In this document: positions 33,201 through 46,692 of the stretch, piece after piece
Layout of the letters: the number at the start of each line of letters is the position of its first letter
Position numbering within the stretch: the first letter of the stretch is position 1
Origin: Macrostomum lignano
Lineage: Eukaryota
Length of the DNA: 53,179 nucleotides
Direction: 5' to 3'
Assembly: GCA_002269645.1 (NCBI GenBank)
Contig: NIVC01004252.1
Span: 1 to 53,179, forward strand
Notes under the pieces: generated by a model
The model's database searches: none
The model's input: the letters and a program-made list of their open reading frames with translations, nothing else
What the model was told of the DNA's origin: nothing
Made by a program: the position numbers and the translations under genes

Positions 33201-34818
33201 CCAAAGTGAGAATCCTGCCTACGCTGACTGCGAAGGGCCTGGCTGCGTGCAGCCTTAGTCTATGGGCCATAGACTATAAAGGACAAGCAAAGTGATAAAA
33301 AGCCATCCAATGTGAGAATCCTGCCTACGCTGAATACGAAGGGCCTAGCTGCGTCCAACCTAGTCTATGAGCCATAGACCATAAAGGACAAGCAAAGTTT
33401 TAAAAGACCAATCGATTCTCACATTGTCCATGAGAGTCATGAAAGTCCATGAAAGTCCATGAGAGTCAACCCCAAAGGCAGGGAGTGTGTAAATTAAGTA
33501 AAAGAATTTTACATATCTGGCATTTTCGTTGAAATTTGGGTCATCCTAAAAATGTTAATCCCCTTCATCAAATGTTTGAGGCGATAATGTACGAATGAAA
33601 TTTGCAAAGCTGCATGCACTAAAGAACTCCTGACCAGATCGATAGAGCACAGCAATAAAAAACTAACACACTATTATTTTTTCAGACTGAAATTCGGCTT
33701 AACTGAGGAAAACATTCACGTAAGCAATCTGAAATACGTTAAATTAAATTTCGAACTTGCTCAGCACACGTCTATCCCGGCCCTATAAATAAAGGAATCC
33801 GTTAGGCTATCCAACCTAGTTTGCCTGGGCAAGTCCACCGAACTGATGGAAGCTTTATCAGCCGGATCTGCCGAGGCCAACCTTCGAATGAGTGCGAAGC
33901 TCGAATACCGCGATTGGCGCTTGAGAACCCCGCTTATGTGGGCAGCACTCGGCTGCTGGAAGACAACTACCAAGCACGTCGAATGCGCTAAATTACTGCT
34001 AGAAGCCGGCGCCAACCCCAATGCGGCTGATATGGACGGCAACACGGCCTTGCATCTGGCGGCGGCTGCCAGCAACGCAGATGTGATTCGCCTTCTGCTG
34101 GATGCCGGAGCTTCCGTCCGATGCTACAATCGCCAAGGCCAGACACCCTCTATGGTGGCGGAGAAAATTGAGACAGACAACAAAGAGATTTTGTTAATGC
34201 TTCGCGAAGCTGAACTGCTGGAACTGCGGAACACCTGGCTTCAGCGCAGGGAGAAGGATCCAGCTAGTAGCAGTTCCATCGAAGCGGAGACCGAGCACAC
34301 AAAACGAATGATTGAGCTCGTTAGAAAAGTTCAACTCGATCAGGTTCGCTTGGATGAGAAATCATATGAGGACAGTGCATCTCTGACCGATGAGTCTCCA
34401 ATAGTTGAAACGAAACTAGAAAACAACGATTTCTCGTTGCTAAATTTGAATGACTTTGAACTGGAAGCTGACTGGGATAAGATTTCACCCAAAGTTGAGG
34501 ATTTAACCGCCGATGACCACTACAAAAGTTATCAGGAAGTGGTGAGGAAGGATGTCTTAAATTTTTTTTGATCTCTTAGACTCCATGAAATCTTGTATTT
34601 TCCAGACTCGCCTGAGGTACACTGAGAATCTGGAGGATTACCTGCCGTCGCATATCAGCAATGAAAGTGTTCAAGAAGCCACCGATGAATCGTACAAATC
34701 GAAAACTTCCGACGATGTTGAATTTTCAGTGTTCAAGGATACAAGTCTGAGTCACTGCTGCTCCAAAGCTTCATTTAATTTCGCCCCGAGGTCGTTACCT
34801 TCAAGCAATCTAAGCTAA
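30222..34818 (+). CDS. Ankyrin-repeat protein with uncharacterised N-terminal domain; exons 30222-31309, 31404-31473, 31700-32310, 33686-33719, 33795-34818 (extra T in run 34562-34569); about 941 aa
   Basis: All four introns are GT-AG with matching phases (2,0,2,0). Ankyrin motifs TALHCAA, GKTALLIA, TPLMWAA and GNTALHLAA. Confidence 0.8.
32326..32696 (-). mobile_element. Full-length tRNA-derived SINE (about 370 bp)
   Basis: A-box TAGCCCAGCGG (32684-32674), B-box GGCTCGATTCC (32641-32631), A-rich tail TAATAAAAAATAAAAAT; flanked by a 159-bp direct repeat. Confidence 0.8.
32865..33125 (+). mobile_element. Diverged 5'-truncated relative of the same SINE, opposite orientation
   Basis: Shares GGCCAACCCCCAAGGC, AGGGCCGCT.TACAC and GCTCAGG.GAG..GCGGAATG.GCAG blocks with the 32326 copy. 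Confidence 0.6.
33195..33398 (+). repeat. Two-copy 106-bp tandem repeat containing a palindrome
   Basis: AGCCATCCAA.GTGAGAATCCTGCCTACGCTGA at 33195 and 33301. Confidence 0.85.
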
Positions 34819-37381
34819 AAACTGAATTTTCTATTTCAAGATGAAAAGTCGGCAGGGTCCCAGGTGTCAGCTTCGCGAGTTAGCATGGATAGTCAGTGCT
34901 TATAGGAAGGGAGATCTGTTGGTTAGTTGGTTGGTTCTTGTTGTAAACTTCAACAACATACGACGACTTGACACTCAGCTTGCACAATTGTTCAGTTATA
35001 AACTCGCTAAAATACACTTTAGTAAACACTCTTCATTGCTATAGAAAATATAAAAACGATCTATGAATAAGTTTAAAAGTACTTTTACATGTTACTTGTG
35101 GTCAAGTCAGTGAATTCCAGGGTGGACTCTACATTGAGCCACGAATGCCATATTATTGCTCTTAATTGTATTACTTTCCATGCAGCAGAAGGTGACTAAG
35201 TATCCTTTTACGAGCTATCTATGTATTTTGTAGCAATTGTGAACCGTAGCTTCTGGAACTGCCTTTTCTTTAGTTTAATCAACTGTGCTGCCGTTTCCTC
35301 TGAGAAATCAATTTTTTTTACATTTGTTTCGAAACTGCTTATCTGACTATTCAGTGGTACCAGCAATTCGTGTTCGTGTTCGTATCAGCATATTCTCTTA
35401 AGCAAAATAACTGTGATATTCAGAGCTTCGGTAATTAGTAAGTAGTATCAATACTCTGATATCGGACTCAGTTAAAGGAAAGTAAACACTGACTGTACCA
35501 TTTCTGCAGAAACTTTGTTAAAAATAATTAAAATAAAAAAATCACTGGTTAGGGACAGTTAAAAATTGTATCAACAGATCATACTCAATGCTTTTCATGA
35601 AAGTGCGGATAAGATATTTCATAGCTACAGCTGTAGGTGAGGTTATCATTCGAATCGATAAACACCAATAATAGAAAGACTATTGCACAATCATCAGCCA
35701 TCGATCGAATTGATTTTCCAAACGATATCTCTAGCTGGTACTGTCTAAGATTATCGTTTAGTCTGCGTTTTAATAATGTTTAACAAATTGCCATTGCTTG
35801 TACTCTCGGGTCAGAGCTGTACTAACGCGAATTTTGATGGCTGCCATATCTGAGTCTACTTAATGTAGGATCTAAGGGCTGGTTAAAATTGTATTTCTAA
35901 GTGAAAGTAATGAAATTTTTGTTTGTCGTTTTGTACATCAAAAGTTATCAATCGAACCAACTGGATAGCACCCATCGGTTGGCTTCAGGTCAGTTACTTG
36001 GGTTTTGGCTCAGGAAAAACACAGGGTATGACGTTGTCCCATGCAGTCCGCTTTTCCCAGAATTAACTCTTACCTGAGAATAACTGTCCTTAGTACGTTA
36101 TTGTCTACCGACTAATTATGTACCGTACAGGTGGAAGACCTGTATCCAGCCAACTGCATCTCCCCTAAAGGATCGGTATGAGAGAAGGAGTGGAAAGGTG
36201 GATTGGGGAAAAAGCAAACGAGACGAAACCATCAATTCCATAGCTAAAATATAAAATATAACTATATATAATATAAATTTATATTTATTTCATATTCATT
36301 GGCTGTGGTTGCAGGAATTCACAATGTAGTCCTTTAATAAACGGAGTTTTAAGTGTCTTGACTAATTTATATAGACGTACTGTTTTCAATAAAAGTGCAT
36401 TTAGCTCACGAAGAAGTACTCGTACAACGACAATTGCAAGGTCGTAGCAGACTCGTGTGTTTATGATCTCAGGTATTAAAAAGCTTAACTGACAAATAAT
36501 CCCGCCTAATATTTCGGATAATGTTTGGTTTTCAAAAAGGTTTTTAGATGGTTTTCAGCTGACATTCTAATATGTCTTTGATAAGCGATTTCATATTATC
36601 ATCCAGTAATGAAAATAAACGTATTATTTCAATAATTTATTGTGATATTGCAATGGATTACAACATTTTGCTCTACTGATTACAACAAAAGATTGAGCTT
36701 TCATTTTGTGGCGTCTCGTTAGACTAACACAGCAAAAAGTCGCGAGTAAGTAGGCAAGTAAGAATTCGGCCAAACGTACGCTCCAAAAAGGAAAACAACC
36801 CCGCGCCCATACGAGCTATTTCGTATACAAACATGAATTATTAGGCGATCAATAAATTTAGCAGCAATAAAAAATATTACTTGTTTTGCGTAAAATTTAC
36901 GTTGACGCCTACTTATAGTAGAGTAGTAAGAAAATATCCTTATTTGCTATTTACTAAAACGGCCATTTTAAGGGCTCTTTTACGACAAAACACGTAATTT
37001 GCGGATGACTTTTTCTATTATTTTTTTCGAATGCTGATTTGTCAATATTTCAATAACAAATATTTAGAAAAATCGAAAAGAGTCGTGATGACTTACAGCT
37101 TTGTTCACATTGAATTCACTTTAAATCACACCATTACATGCAATATTGGTAAAAGTAATATCTGCTTCATTTAATACGCAATTTTATTCATCGACTATAA
37201 AATTTTCAAGGTAAAAGAAGCACACTGCTTGAGTACATAAATCTAATCTAGTATGCCATTATCAAAAAGAAGCCGTAGGGCTTTACAATAACATCTGAAA
37301 CATTTGTCTTTTTGTTTAATGAGGAATCGCAACGTCCGGTACGAGCTAGTTCAGTATTTCAATCAGCCTCCAGCTCTCCCA

Positions 37382-40300
37382 TTAACCCAGCAGAGGCTGT
37401 CGACTGCTAGCTTCAGTCCCAGCAGCCTCTTCTACCGAAGACGGCTGAGTGCCGGATACTTCCGTCCATCGACCACGTCGTTGGCGTCTTCGTCTCACTG
37501 TGAAGACGGCAAAGCATGCGGCGACGATCAGAGCGACTGCAACGCCAATCGTGATGCAGACCGCAACGGCGCTGGTGACAACATGTTCGCCTCCCGATTG
37601 ACCATCGACAGATTCCTTCGCGTTAGTAATGTCGCTCCAAGCCGACATCTCTGGCGGCTCTTCGAAGGGCGGCAGGCGACTCATTGTAATTCGATTGGAG
37701 CCGCCATGGGTGCCCAGGGCTCGGGTGCACTGCATTATCTCACAGCCATTGAAGATGTCGAGTGCCGACTGGGTGAAGCCTTCGGGACAGCGATGTGGCG
37801 GCGGAGGTGCCGGAGGAGGAGGACAGCTCGTCTTCAGAGAAACGATATGACGTCCGAGATCGGCCAGCGGGTTACCGGAGTGGCAAGTGAACAAACCGCC
37901 GAATGGGACTCGAGCAGCCCTGGCTGACTCGGTCATGTCCGAGCTGACGCACAAGGTGATGTCGCGGCCAATCCTGTAAGGCTTGTAGCTCGCTGGGCAA
38001 GCCTTGCCTCCGCCAGCGGGGTTGTCGACCCTTGGCGAGAAGGTGCCGCCGAACAGGGCACCGGACTGGCTCGGCAAGTTTTGGTCAGGTCGAACGGCGC
38101 ACCAGTACGTCTTGACGACGGTTTTTCCTTTACGTAGAAACCTATCAGTTCATGGTTTTTAGGAATTTTATGTTTTGCTGGCCTACATGCCTTTGAATTT
38201 ACTATTAAGTGTCTTGGTTTCTGTATAGTTCGTAGCTTATAAATAAACGTGCCTTACCAAAAGGGCCTTTCAAAGTCATGGCCAACGAAGCTGAACAGAA
38301 GAATCTGAAAAGTAAGCAATGTGCAGTTTTCTAACTAATAACTTAAAAATGTACTGTGCTAAAGTATGAGTAAATCATGCTACCATATAATTTGGTACTC
38401 AATAAAGTCTTGTGAGGTGTTTTGGCTAGATGCAGAGTAGAGTGATTTTATTTCTATTAATAAGAATTTCATGCGATGGGTCGCCCTCGCAAGCGCCGCC
38501 GAGTCACAAACTGCGACACCATGGCTCCGTTGGCTCTACGATTAGGCCATCGACTACTGCTCTGCGACTTGCGGCTTCAGGGCCAGCTCTACCGACTGCC
38601 AAAGGCTGAGTATTCCAAAATCAGCTCCGCCGTTAAAGAGGCTGCGGAGCTGACGGTCCCGCTGAAGCAGCCGGTAGACCATCAGACAGGCCCAGGTCAA
38701 CATCGAGCAAATCTGCAGATACCGGCGGCCCACGGGCGGCGCTAAAGACTTGTTTGAGAGCCTTCTAGACGAGCTGCAGCAGGTCGCTATCACGATGCCG
38801 TCCGAAATATTACTGCAGCTGGCCCCGACGTGAAGTGTGGACGGCCGTCCAGACTCTGACGTGGCGCAAAAAGCGCGCGGCGATGAACCTGACTGGCGAC
38901 ACCGTGTAATGAATTGCGCAACTTCTTCGCCGACATCGTGCACGCGCCTTCGTCGCCACTGCCCGACAGATTTGCGCTCCCACTGGACACGCCGATCTTA
39001 GTTGAGAAGGACTTCTGCACCAACCCAGTCACCAAGGAGGACGTTGTTCTATTCGCTCAGAAAACACCAAGCGGCAAGACGCTTGTGACATAGATTCTCG
39101 CACTCCGCCGAGTCATAAAGGAGGCGCGCATCCGCCAGTCTACGCTGATCATTGTCTTCGTTGGCTCTTGAAAGGCGGCGTTTGACTTGGTGTGGAGAGC
39201 CGCGCTTTTCTTCCTTCTTCGAGTTTACCGGATCCCGCAGCAGCTGACGAAGCTGTCATGTCATGCCGTTTCTCGAGCTGCTGTGGTGACGGCGGAGTTC
39301 TGCAGGGTGACAGGCTAGCGCCCTTCCTCTTCGTGCTGCTGGGAGCTTCGGACCACACTTCGCTCGGCTGATGACGGCTTCCCGCTGCGCAAAAGGATCG
39401 GTCGTCGTCACGGCGAAAAGCGCCTGAGCGTGCTTGGCTACGCTGTCGACCTCGCCCTCCTGTCATCGTCCGTTGAAGGTGCCCAGGGCCAGATCGTAGG
39501 CTGGTCGTTGTGGCATCGAGCGCCGGGCTGGTTGTCAACTCGCTGAAGACCGAGGTGCTGACTGTGCCGGCCGACATCCCAGTGGACCTGACGTGGCACG
39601 GCGCATACGGGCAGACGACAACGCTCGCACGCTGCCAGGAATTCATCTACTTCGGTGGTCTGGTGCCCACGTGGAGGAAGACCTGCGGCGGCGCAGAGGA
39701 CTTGCCTGGGCGGCCTTCCGTTCGATCTGGGCCGTCCTCCAGTCCGAAGCGCTGTCTGACCGCCAGAGGGCTCAGGCGTGGTAGGCGGTGGTCGAAACCC
39801 GAGACGTGGACGCTGACGGCTACGCTAGAGCGGCAGCTGGACTCCGCGCAGTCAGGGCTGCTCCGTGCGGCCTTTCGAGCTGACGAAAGCGTGGGGACCA
39901 AGGCCCTGTACGACCGGGCCAAGCTGCAGCGCCCGTCCACTATCCCGTGTCGGCGGCGATTTCAACTGACAGGCCATGTAATCCGGGCCGAGGGCTACTG
40001 CCCCCAACCTGTTCCGGATGTCCTGCTGCTCACCTTGCAGGGCCGGGATCTAGCACGATCCCATCGATAGGCGGACTGCCTGCTGTGCTACGCTGGCGCA
40101 CCCGACCCTGCCAACGGGGCGGACTTCGTCTGCTCTTGGGCTCTGCGGCGCGCCATCTGACGCACTCTGCTGTTACTGCGAACTTGCATAAAGGTAGCGC
40201 ACTTTGTTGTTGTTGTTAAATTAATCCTTCTGAGGCTGTCAGCATTGAAAACCAACCTAAAGACTATTCAATCAATACAAGCGTACAGTTGAAATCCAAA

Positions 40301-42511
40301 GCCAGAAAGTCAAAGCCAGTAGTATTTGCTACATGCTGTACTTTTCAAAAGAATTGAATTCAAATCAATTTGAGAACAATTACCGGTTCGTAACCATCCG
40401 GACACGAATAACCGCCTGTGAAGTGATTGATCTGCACTGGGCTGTGTGCTTGGCCGCACAAAGGGTCCGGAAAATTGGTTCGAAACTCTTCGCAGGTTTG
40501 GTAGACGCCGCCGAAAGAGAAGTTTGTCAGCGGCGCGTCGCAGGAGCCCTCGATGTTAGCTAGCGGTTCGAAGTTTGGCGACTCCGGGTTCAGACAGCCT
40601 TTGACTGTGTTCACTGTGTAATATCTGGATTCGATTTGAGCTAACTGTTAGCTGAGTTGGAATTTTAAGACGCAAAGAAGTAATGTGTCGGAGCTCACCT
40701 TGTTACTGCATCTTTCACAGCGCTTCGAACGCCGTTCACACTTAGTCTGGGCAGTTCCGGAAGGGTACGGTGGGTTACAAGGGTAAACAGCAAAGCTCCA
40801 AACCGATCGATGGCAATAAAATTTTGCTTCAATCCATTCTTCCAGCTGGTCAGGTTGATTTTGTCTCCCACCGGTGGTCCGCCGTGCGCGTTTACCGTGG
40901 TCTTCTGTACACTTTTTTGATAGTCCTTTAGCTCCTTATCTGTTACAACAAGGGTAGAGGACTCCCCTGCGCTAAAAAAGTTAAAGAAGCTGACGCTCAT
41001 GCACTGGGTGATTTTGTTGGTCGTATAATGAACCTCTTTAAGCGAATCCAGCTGGAAGTAGTCCAGCTTTTCAAGGACAGCACCAGCATCCAGCGACGTA
41101 ATCACGTGCGTGCCAAAATCTCGGACGAGAAGGTCTGACAGATATCTACCGGTATTTAAAAAATTGATACAAATTGTTTAATAATAATAAATCGATACCA
41201 TTTCTCGATCAATTCTATACATAATATTACTTCGTAACTTCACCTAGCACTATTCGTAAGGTTCTGCTGCACCGCTTTGCCGATTTCTACCAGTCGATTT
41301 TTAAAGACACGACTCAGCCGAAAGTCTGGCAGCATTCGAGCTACATACATTTTATACCGTAGTTGAGTTCGACCGACTTGAGTCTTGCTGTACAATAACG
41401 TCTCCTTCACTTCCTGGAACTCCTCGCTAAACTGACCGCCGATCCCGAACAGGCCACCAAAAAAAGAGCCTCCGCCGCCAGCATTGACGGTGCGACTTGT
41501 CGAGCTGGTGTAGTTACTGGAGTGCTCAATCACTTTTGAGATCAGGCTCACGTGTGACTCCTTGATCGGGTAGGCCAAGACCTGACCCGGCAGGGCGTAG
41601 AAGCCGTCAACGGAGAGGCTGCAGTCGGCAGAGAGCGACACGTCGGCGACTGGCCCCATCTCGCGGTTTCGCAGGTTGTCCCAGCCATTGCCTTTATTAA
41701 ATGAGATGTAACGAAAGCCATTGTCATTAATCGCATCAATAGCAGTGTTTCATACGAGGTATTATCATATCATCAACACTGAAAAACTCAACGGCAACTA
41801 AAAGCAACAGGCAATGCTTCTTATTAGAGTAAAAAAGTTTTCGTGGAATGAAATGTTTCGCAAAATCAAGTCTAATTATAATTTAACGCGATTTAATTCA
41901 AGTTGGAGTGCTTTGTACGTTTTTGCAATTTTTTATTTATTTGTAACACACGTTAAATCATGTAGAAAACAACACGTAGCTATTATATTTTCAACAAATA
42001 CTAGTCTCTCATTTTTCTTGAGGGATCAAAGCCACCAAAGTCTTTGTTCAATCGACAACTAATAAAAATCTAGCTGCTTTAATAATACTTTTAAATATGC
42101 TTAACATCAAACGGTTGCCCAAGTGTAATTTGCCAAGTGTTTTTCTTGACAGCAATCCGGCGTCAGCGACGCATTTCGTCTTTATCCGTAGGTGTAATGT
42201 TGAAAAGTAAGGTTAAAGTACCAATTTTCTAACGACATCCATCGACGTCCTGTACATGACCGTCGGATACGTTGGTAGACGTTGCAGTGTGTTGAACGGA
42301 ATTACGATTATTTCTCGACATAGAAATGCAGCAAGAATGATGCTCATCCTGTTTATCAGCTTAGAAATTTACCTGGTAGTACTGGGAAACCTTTGACGTC
42401 CTCCTTTCCGACAATCCAAGGACAGAGTAGGTTGGTTTCTAGCTCATTTTCAGCTGCTGCCAAAGCGCTTTTCATTAGCGCGAAAGTTATCAATAGTGCT
42501 AGGTGTCTCAT
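37382..42511 (-). CDS. MPEG1: Perforin-2 / macrophage-expressed gene 1, copy A; exons 42511-42373, 41691-41244, 41145-40699, 40624-40384, 38304-38258, 38141-37382; 693 aa
   Basis: Signal peptide, LPGNGWDNLRN, FGTHVITSLDAGA, GGVYQTC..CPDGY, YWC..LFGG, C-terminal TM and basic tail. Exon lengths sum to 2082 nt with consistent phases. Confidence 0.93.
38476..40217 (+). mobile_element. RTE-like non-LTR retrotransposon remnant in Mpeg1-A intron 4, internally deleted or rearranged
   Basis: PVTKEDVVLFAQKTPSGK (pre-RT region), VVNSLKTEVL..CQEFIYFGG, ETWTLTATLERQLD, QLTGHVIRAEGYCPQP; (TGT)n tail at about 40205-40217. Confidence 0.8.
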
Positions 42512-44384
42512 CTTTTCAATAAATTTAACAGAATGGTCTACGAGCGTATGTGACCGAACGTTATTAAGCTTGTTTGGTGGCGCTTTTATCTGCTTCAAAA
42601 GCAGAGTCAGAGATATTCTTAGCAGCGATGAATAATTGTTTATCCAAGGTATCGTATAAAAACAGCTATGAATCATCTGCAGGCTTATTATTTCATCATC
42701 AATAGCTATTTAATTGCGTACGGCACGTGACTGCCCCGCTTACCGAAAGTTCAGGCCGAATAAAGCAATTTAAAGTGTTACCCTCGTACTTTAGATTTAG
42801 CAGTTACGCGGGATATTTTTTTTATCTTTGTATCTTTGTATCTATCTTTGTAAGCCAACTTTGTAATTATTTACTTTTTCTAGCATACGACAAGATTTTT
42901 TCTAGCCTGCGGCTAATTGACATCTTTATGCGCAAGTTAGAAAGGCTCTCCGGATGCTTTCCGTGTTATTTCAATTAATCTAGGCTGCACGATAGTTATC
43001 ACTATGTCTTCATTGCAGGGGTATTTTATCCAAACCAGGTCTACAGTTTAAATTTAGTGTTAAAGCGTCAAAATCTACGGTTTGGATTACTCAAAAGCAA
43101 TTCAAAATAAAATTCGATGAACCGACCCTTTGGTTTGTGCACCTGAACATCTGTCTGTATTTTACTCAGACACCTCATCGCTCGACACATTTTGTAACCC
43201 CAACCGCAACCCATCATAACGACAGTGGCAATCTCAAGGTGAAAATATCGACATGCAGAAAATTTTCTGTTACGAACCAAAACTTTACCAAAACAAAACC
43301 TAATTATCGATAAAAATATCACTGTGCTTTTCGCAGCTGGCCTTGCTAAGTGTTGGGGTTTAAAGGTACTAAGCATCGAATAACTTTTTAGCGCATCAAC
43401 AGCAGTATACATGATCCTTGAAAACTAACTTACAGGTTACAGAAATAGAAAAAATGTGAAGATCATCATACAACCCATTCTTCATCCATGGAGATTTTTA
43501 TTGTACCATTAGGCAAAATTAAACATTTAGTCATTGAAATCTATAGAAAAGGCAGGAGACTCTGCAACCAGTGTGAATCTCTGAGTCACTTTTGACTGTG
43601 GCTTGTAATGTAGCATTTCTACCTTTGATACCTACTCTAAAGTTACGCTCGTATATGCGAAAATCTCACCTAGCCAAAAATATTATCAAATGCTTTTTTC
43701 ATCGCAATCTGGTTTGCCCGGCCCACATGCGACACAAATAGCATAAAAATGTGTTTAATTCGGCTATATTTGAGCATGAAGACTTATTTTTGTTTCTCAA
43801 CTTTACGCCAATCCATAAATATCAGGATCACGTACGAGCAATATTCAGTCTCATATTTTGAAAGGCAACCCCCTATTCAGACAAAATTTTGATCGCTCTC
43901 CATACTGTTACCGCGATATCAACTTCGAACCAAATCAAGTACATGCTGTAGTGAGAATGTTGGCACCGATTTAATAGTTCGAAAAGGACAGTACTTAGCT
44001 GGAAAAATTAATCAATGATCGTCGACTAACGGTTTCATTTTCACAGAATATATTTAGGCATAAAATATCAACGCTATTGCCTGCGAGGAAATATACCTAA
44101 ATACGCCACACATGCTACATTTACAGCAATCATTTTTCCATTATTATTAACTATTAGTCATTGAGAACAATACAACAGAAACGTTGAATACATGAATCTA
44201 AGCTGATATGCTATGATTTTCTTATCTTAACAAATTCATCCATCAGTAAAGCATTACATCCAAACCTGTTACATTTATTATGAATTGCTTGTGCAAGCGT
44301 AGTTTTTTAATGACAAATCATAAATTGGGACTCCAAGCCTAGTACGAGCTAGTCCAGTATTTCAATCAGCCTCCAGCTCTCCCA

Positions 44385-46444
44385 TTAACCCAGCAGAGGC
44401 TGTCGGCTGCTAGCCTCAGTCCCAGCAGCCTCTTCTACCGGAGACGGCTGAGTGCCGGATACTTCCGTCCATCGACCACGTCGTTGGCGTCTTCGTCTCA
44501 CTGTGAAGACGGCAAAGCATGCGGCGACGATCAGAGCGACTGCAACGCCAATCGTGATGCAGACCGCAACGGCGCTGGTGACAACATGTTCGCCTCCCGA
44601 TCGGCCATCGACAAATTCCTTCGCGTTTGTGATGTCGCTCCAAGCCGACATCTCTGGCGGCTCTTCGAAGGGCGGCAGGCGACTCATTGTAATTCGATTG
44701 GAGCCGCCATGGGTGCCCAGGGCTCGGGTGCACTGCATTATCTCACAGCCATTGAAGATGTCGAGTGCCGACTGGGTGAAGCCTTCGGGACAGCGATGTG
44801 GCGGCGGAGGCGGCGGTGGAAGAGTGTGAGGGTGTGGGTTCGACTTCAGAGACACGATATGACGTCCGGGTTCGGCCAGCGGGTTACCGGAGTTGCAGGT
44901 GAACAAACCGCCAAATGGGACTCGAGCGGCTCTGGCTGACTCGGTCATGTCCGAGCTGACGCACAAGGTGATGTCGCGGCCAATCCTGTAGGGCTTGTAG
45001 CTCGCTGGGCAAGCTTTGCCTCCGCCAGCGGGGTTGTCGACCCTTGGCGAGAAGGCGCCACCGAACAGGGCACCGGACTGGCTCGGCAGGTTTCGGTCAG
45101 GTCGAACGGCGCACCAGTACGTCTTGACGACGGTTTTTCCTTTACGTAGAAACCTATCAGTTCATGGTTTTTAGGAATTTTATTTTTTGCTGGCCTACAT
45201 GCCTTTGAATTTACTATTAAGTGTCTTGGTTTCTGTATAGTACGTAGCTTATAAATAAACAAGCCTTACCAAAAGCGCCTTTCAAAGTCATGGCCAACGA
45301 AGCTGAACAGAAGAATCTGAAAGAAAAGCAACATGCAGTTTTCTAACTAATAACTCAAAAAATTAGAAAAGTTGCGAAAGTACGAGTAAATAAGACTGCC
45401 AAATAATTCGGTCTCAATCAGTGGCGGATCCAGGAATTTTAAAGGGGGGGGGGCTCATTGGCATAACTTTTTTGTTTGTCCAAAATAAGCCTCAAGTCAG
45501 CCCAAAATTACAATTCCCACCTTGCGCATGCAAGTCCAGCTACGGCAAAAGAGGGGGGCGTAAGATACACTTCCATGTAGTATTTTCTACGTGCTGTACT
45601 TTTCAAAAGAATTGAATTCAAAGCAATTTGAGAACAATTACCGGTTCGTAACCATCCGGACACGAATAACCGCCTGTGAAGTGATTGATCTGCACTGGGC
45701 TGTGCTCTTGGCCGCACAAAGGGTCCGGAAAATTGGTTCGAAACTCTTCGCAGGTCTGGTAGACGCCGCCGAAAGAGAAGTTTGTCAGCGGCGCGTCGCA
45801 GGAACCCTCGATGTTAGCTAGCGGTTCGAATTTTGGCGACTCCGGGTTCAGACAGCCTTTGACTGTGTTCATCTTGTAGTACCTGCGGAAATGAATTTTA
45901 TTTCGCTTTTAATTGAAAATGAATTACTGTATATAATTGAATCGAACTCAGAGTGATGTGGTACATTTCGATGCTATACTGTAATATAAGTTCAATTACC
46001 TTGTCACAGCGTTCTTCACACCATTTCGAACGCCATTTACAACATGTTTTGGCAGTTCCGGCAGTGAGCGATAGTTCACTACGCTGAACAGAAGATCGCC
46101 AAATCGGTCGATGGCAACAAAATTTTGCTTTAATTCATTTTTCCAAGTAGTCAAGCTGATTTTGTTACCCACTGTTGGACCTCCGTGAGAGTTAACTGTT
46201 GTCTTTTGCACGCTTTTTAGATAACCTTTCAGATCCTCTTCAGTAACCACCAAGCTTGAAGACTCATTTAGTGTTGAATTGAAAAAACTGAAGCTCATGC
46301 ACTGAGTGATTTTGTTAATTGTGTAGTGAGCCTCTTTAAGCGAGTCGAGCTTGAAATAGTCAAACTTCTCCAGGATTGCCCCAGCGTCCATCGATGTAAT
46401 TACGTGCGTGCCAAAGTCCCGAATTAGCAGGTCTGACAGATAGG
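44385..46444 (-). CDS. MPEG1: Perforin-2/Mpeg1 copy B, exons 3-6 only (46444-46000, 45882-45642, 45316-45270, 45153-44385); exons 1-2 not found in the window
   Basis: Same motifs and intron positions as copy A; reading frame open across the four exons. Confidence 0.85.
45419..45576 (+). mobile_element. Short insertion in Mpeg1-B intron 4, possibly a truncated MITE/SINE
   Basis: Absent from the homologous copy-A intron; starts CAGTGGCGGATCCAGGAATTTT..G-run. Confidence 0.4.
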
Positions 46445-46692
46445 CTGTGTTAAAGGGGTTGACCTAGACCAATTTTCTTGCTTGAGTCCAAAATTGTCAT
46501 GGCCTCCCACAGAATCGAACCTGGGTCTTTCGATTAGTTGTCCGAAAATTTTCACGGGAGTGATGTAAATACAGGTATGAATTGTCGTTTAAAAGTTTTG
46601 AGGTCAATTTAATGACTAGGACCAATGAGACTTAAACTGTGTGTCGGTATTTCTAATGTGGCACGTAAAAACTGGAACAAAGCAACGAGCCA

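Noticed and set aside
46495-46545. GGTTCGATTC B-box on the minus strand
   Set aside because: No A-box or cloverleaf could be built; at most a SINE or tRNA scrap.
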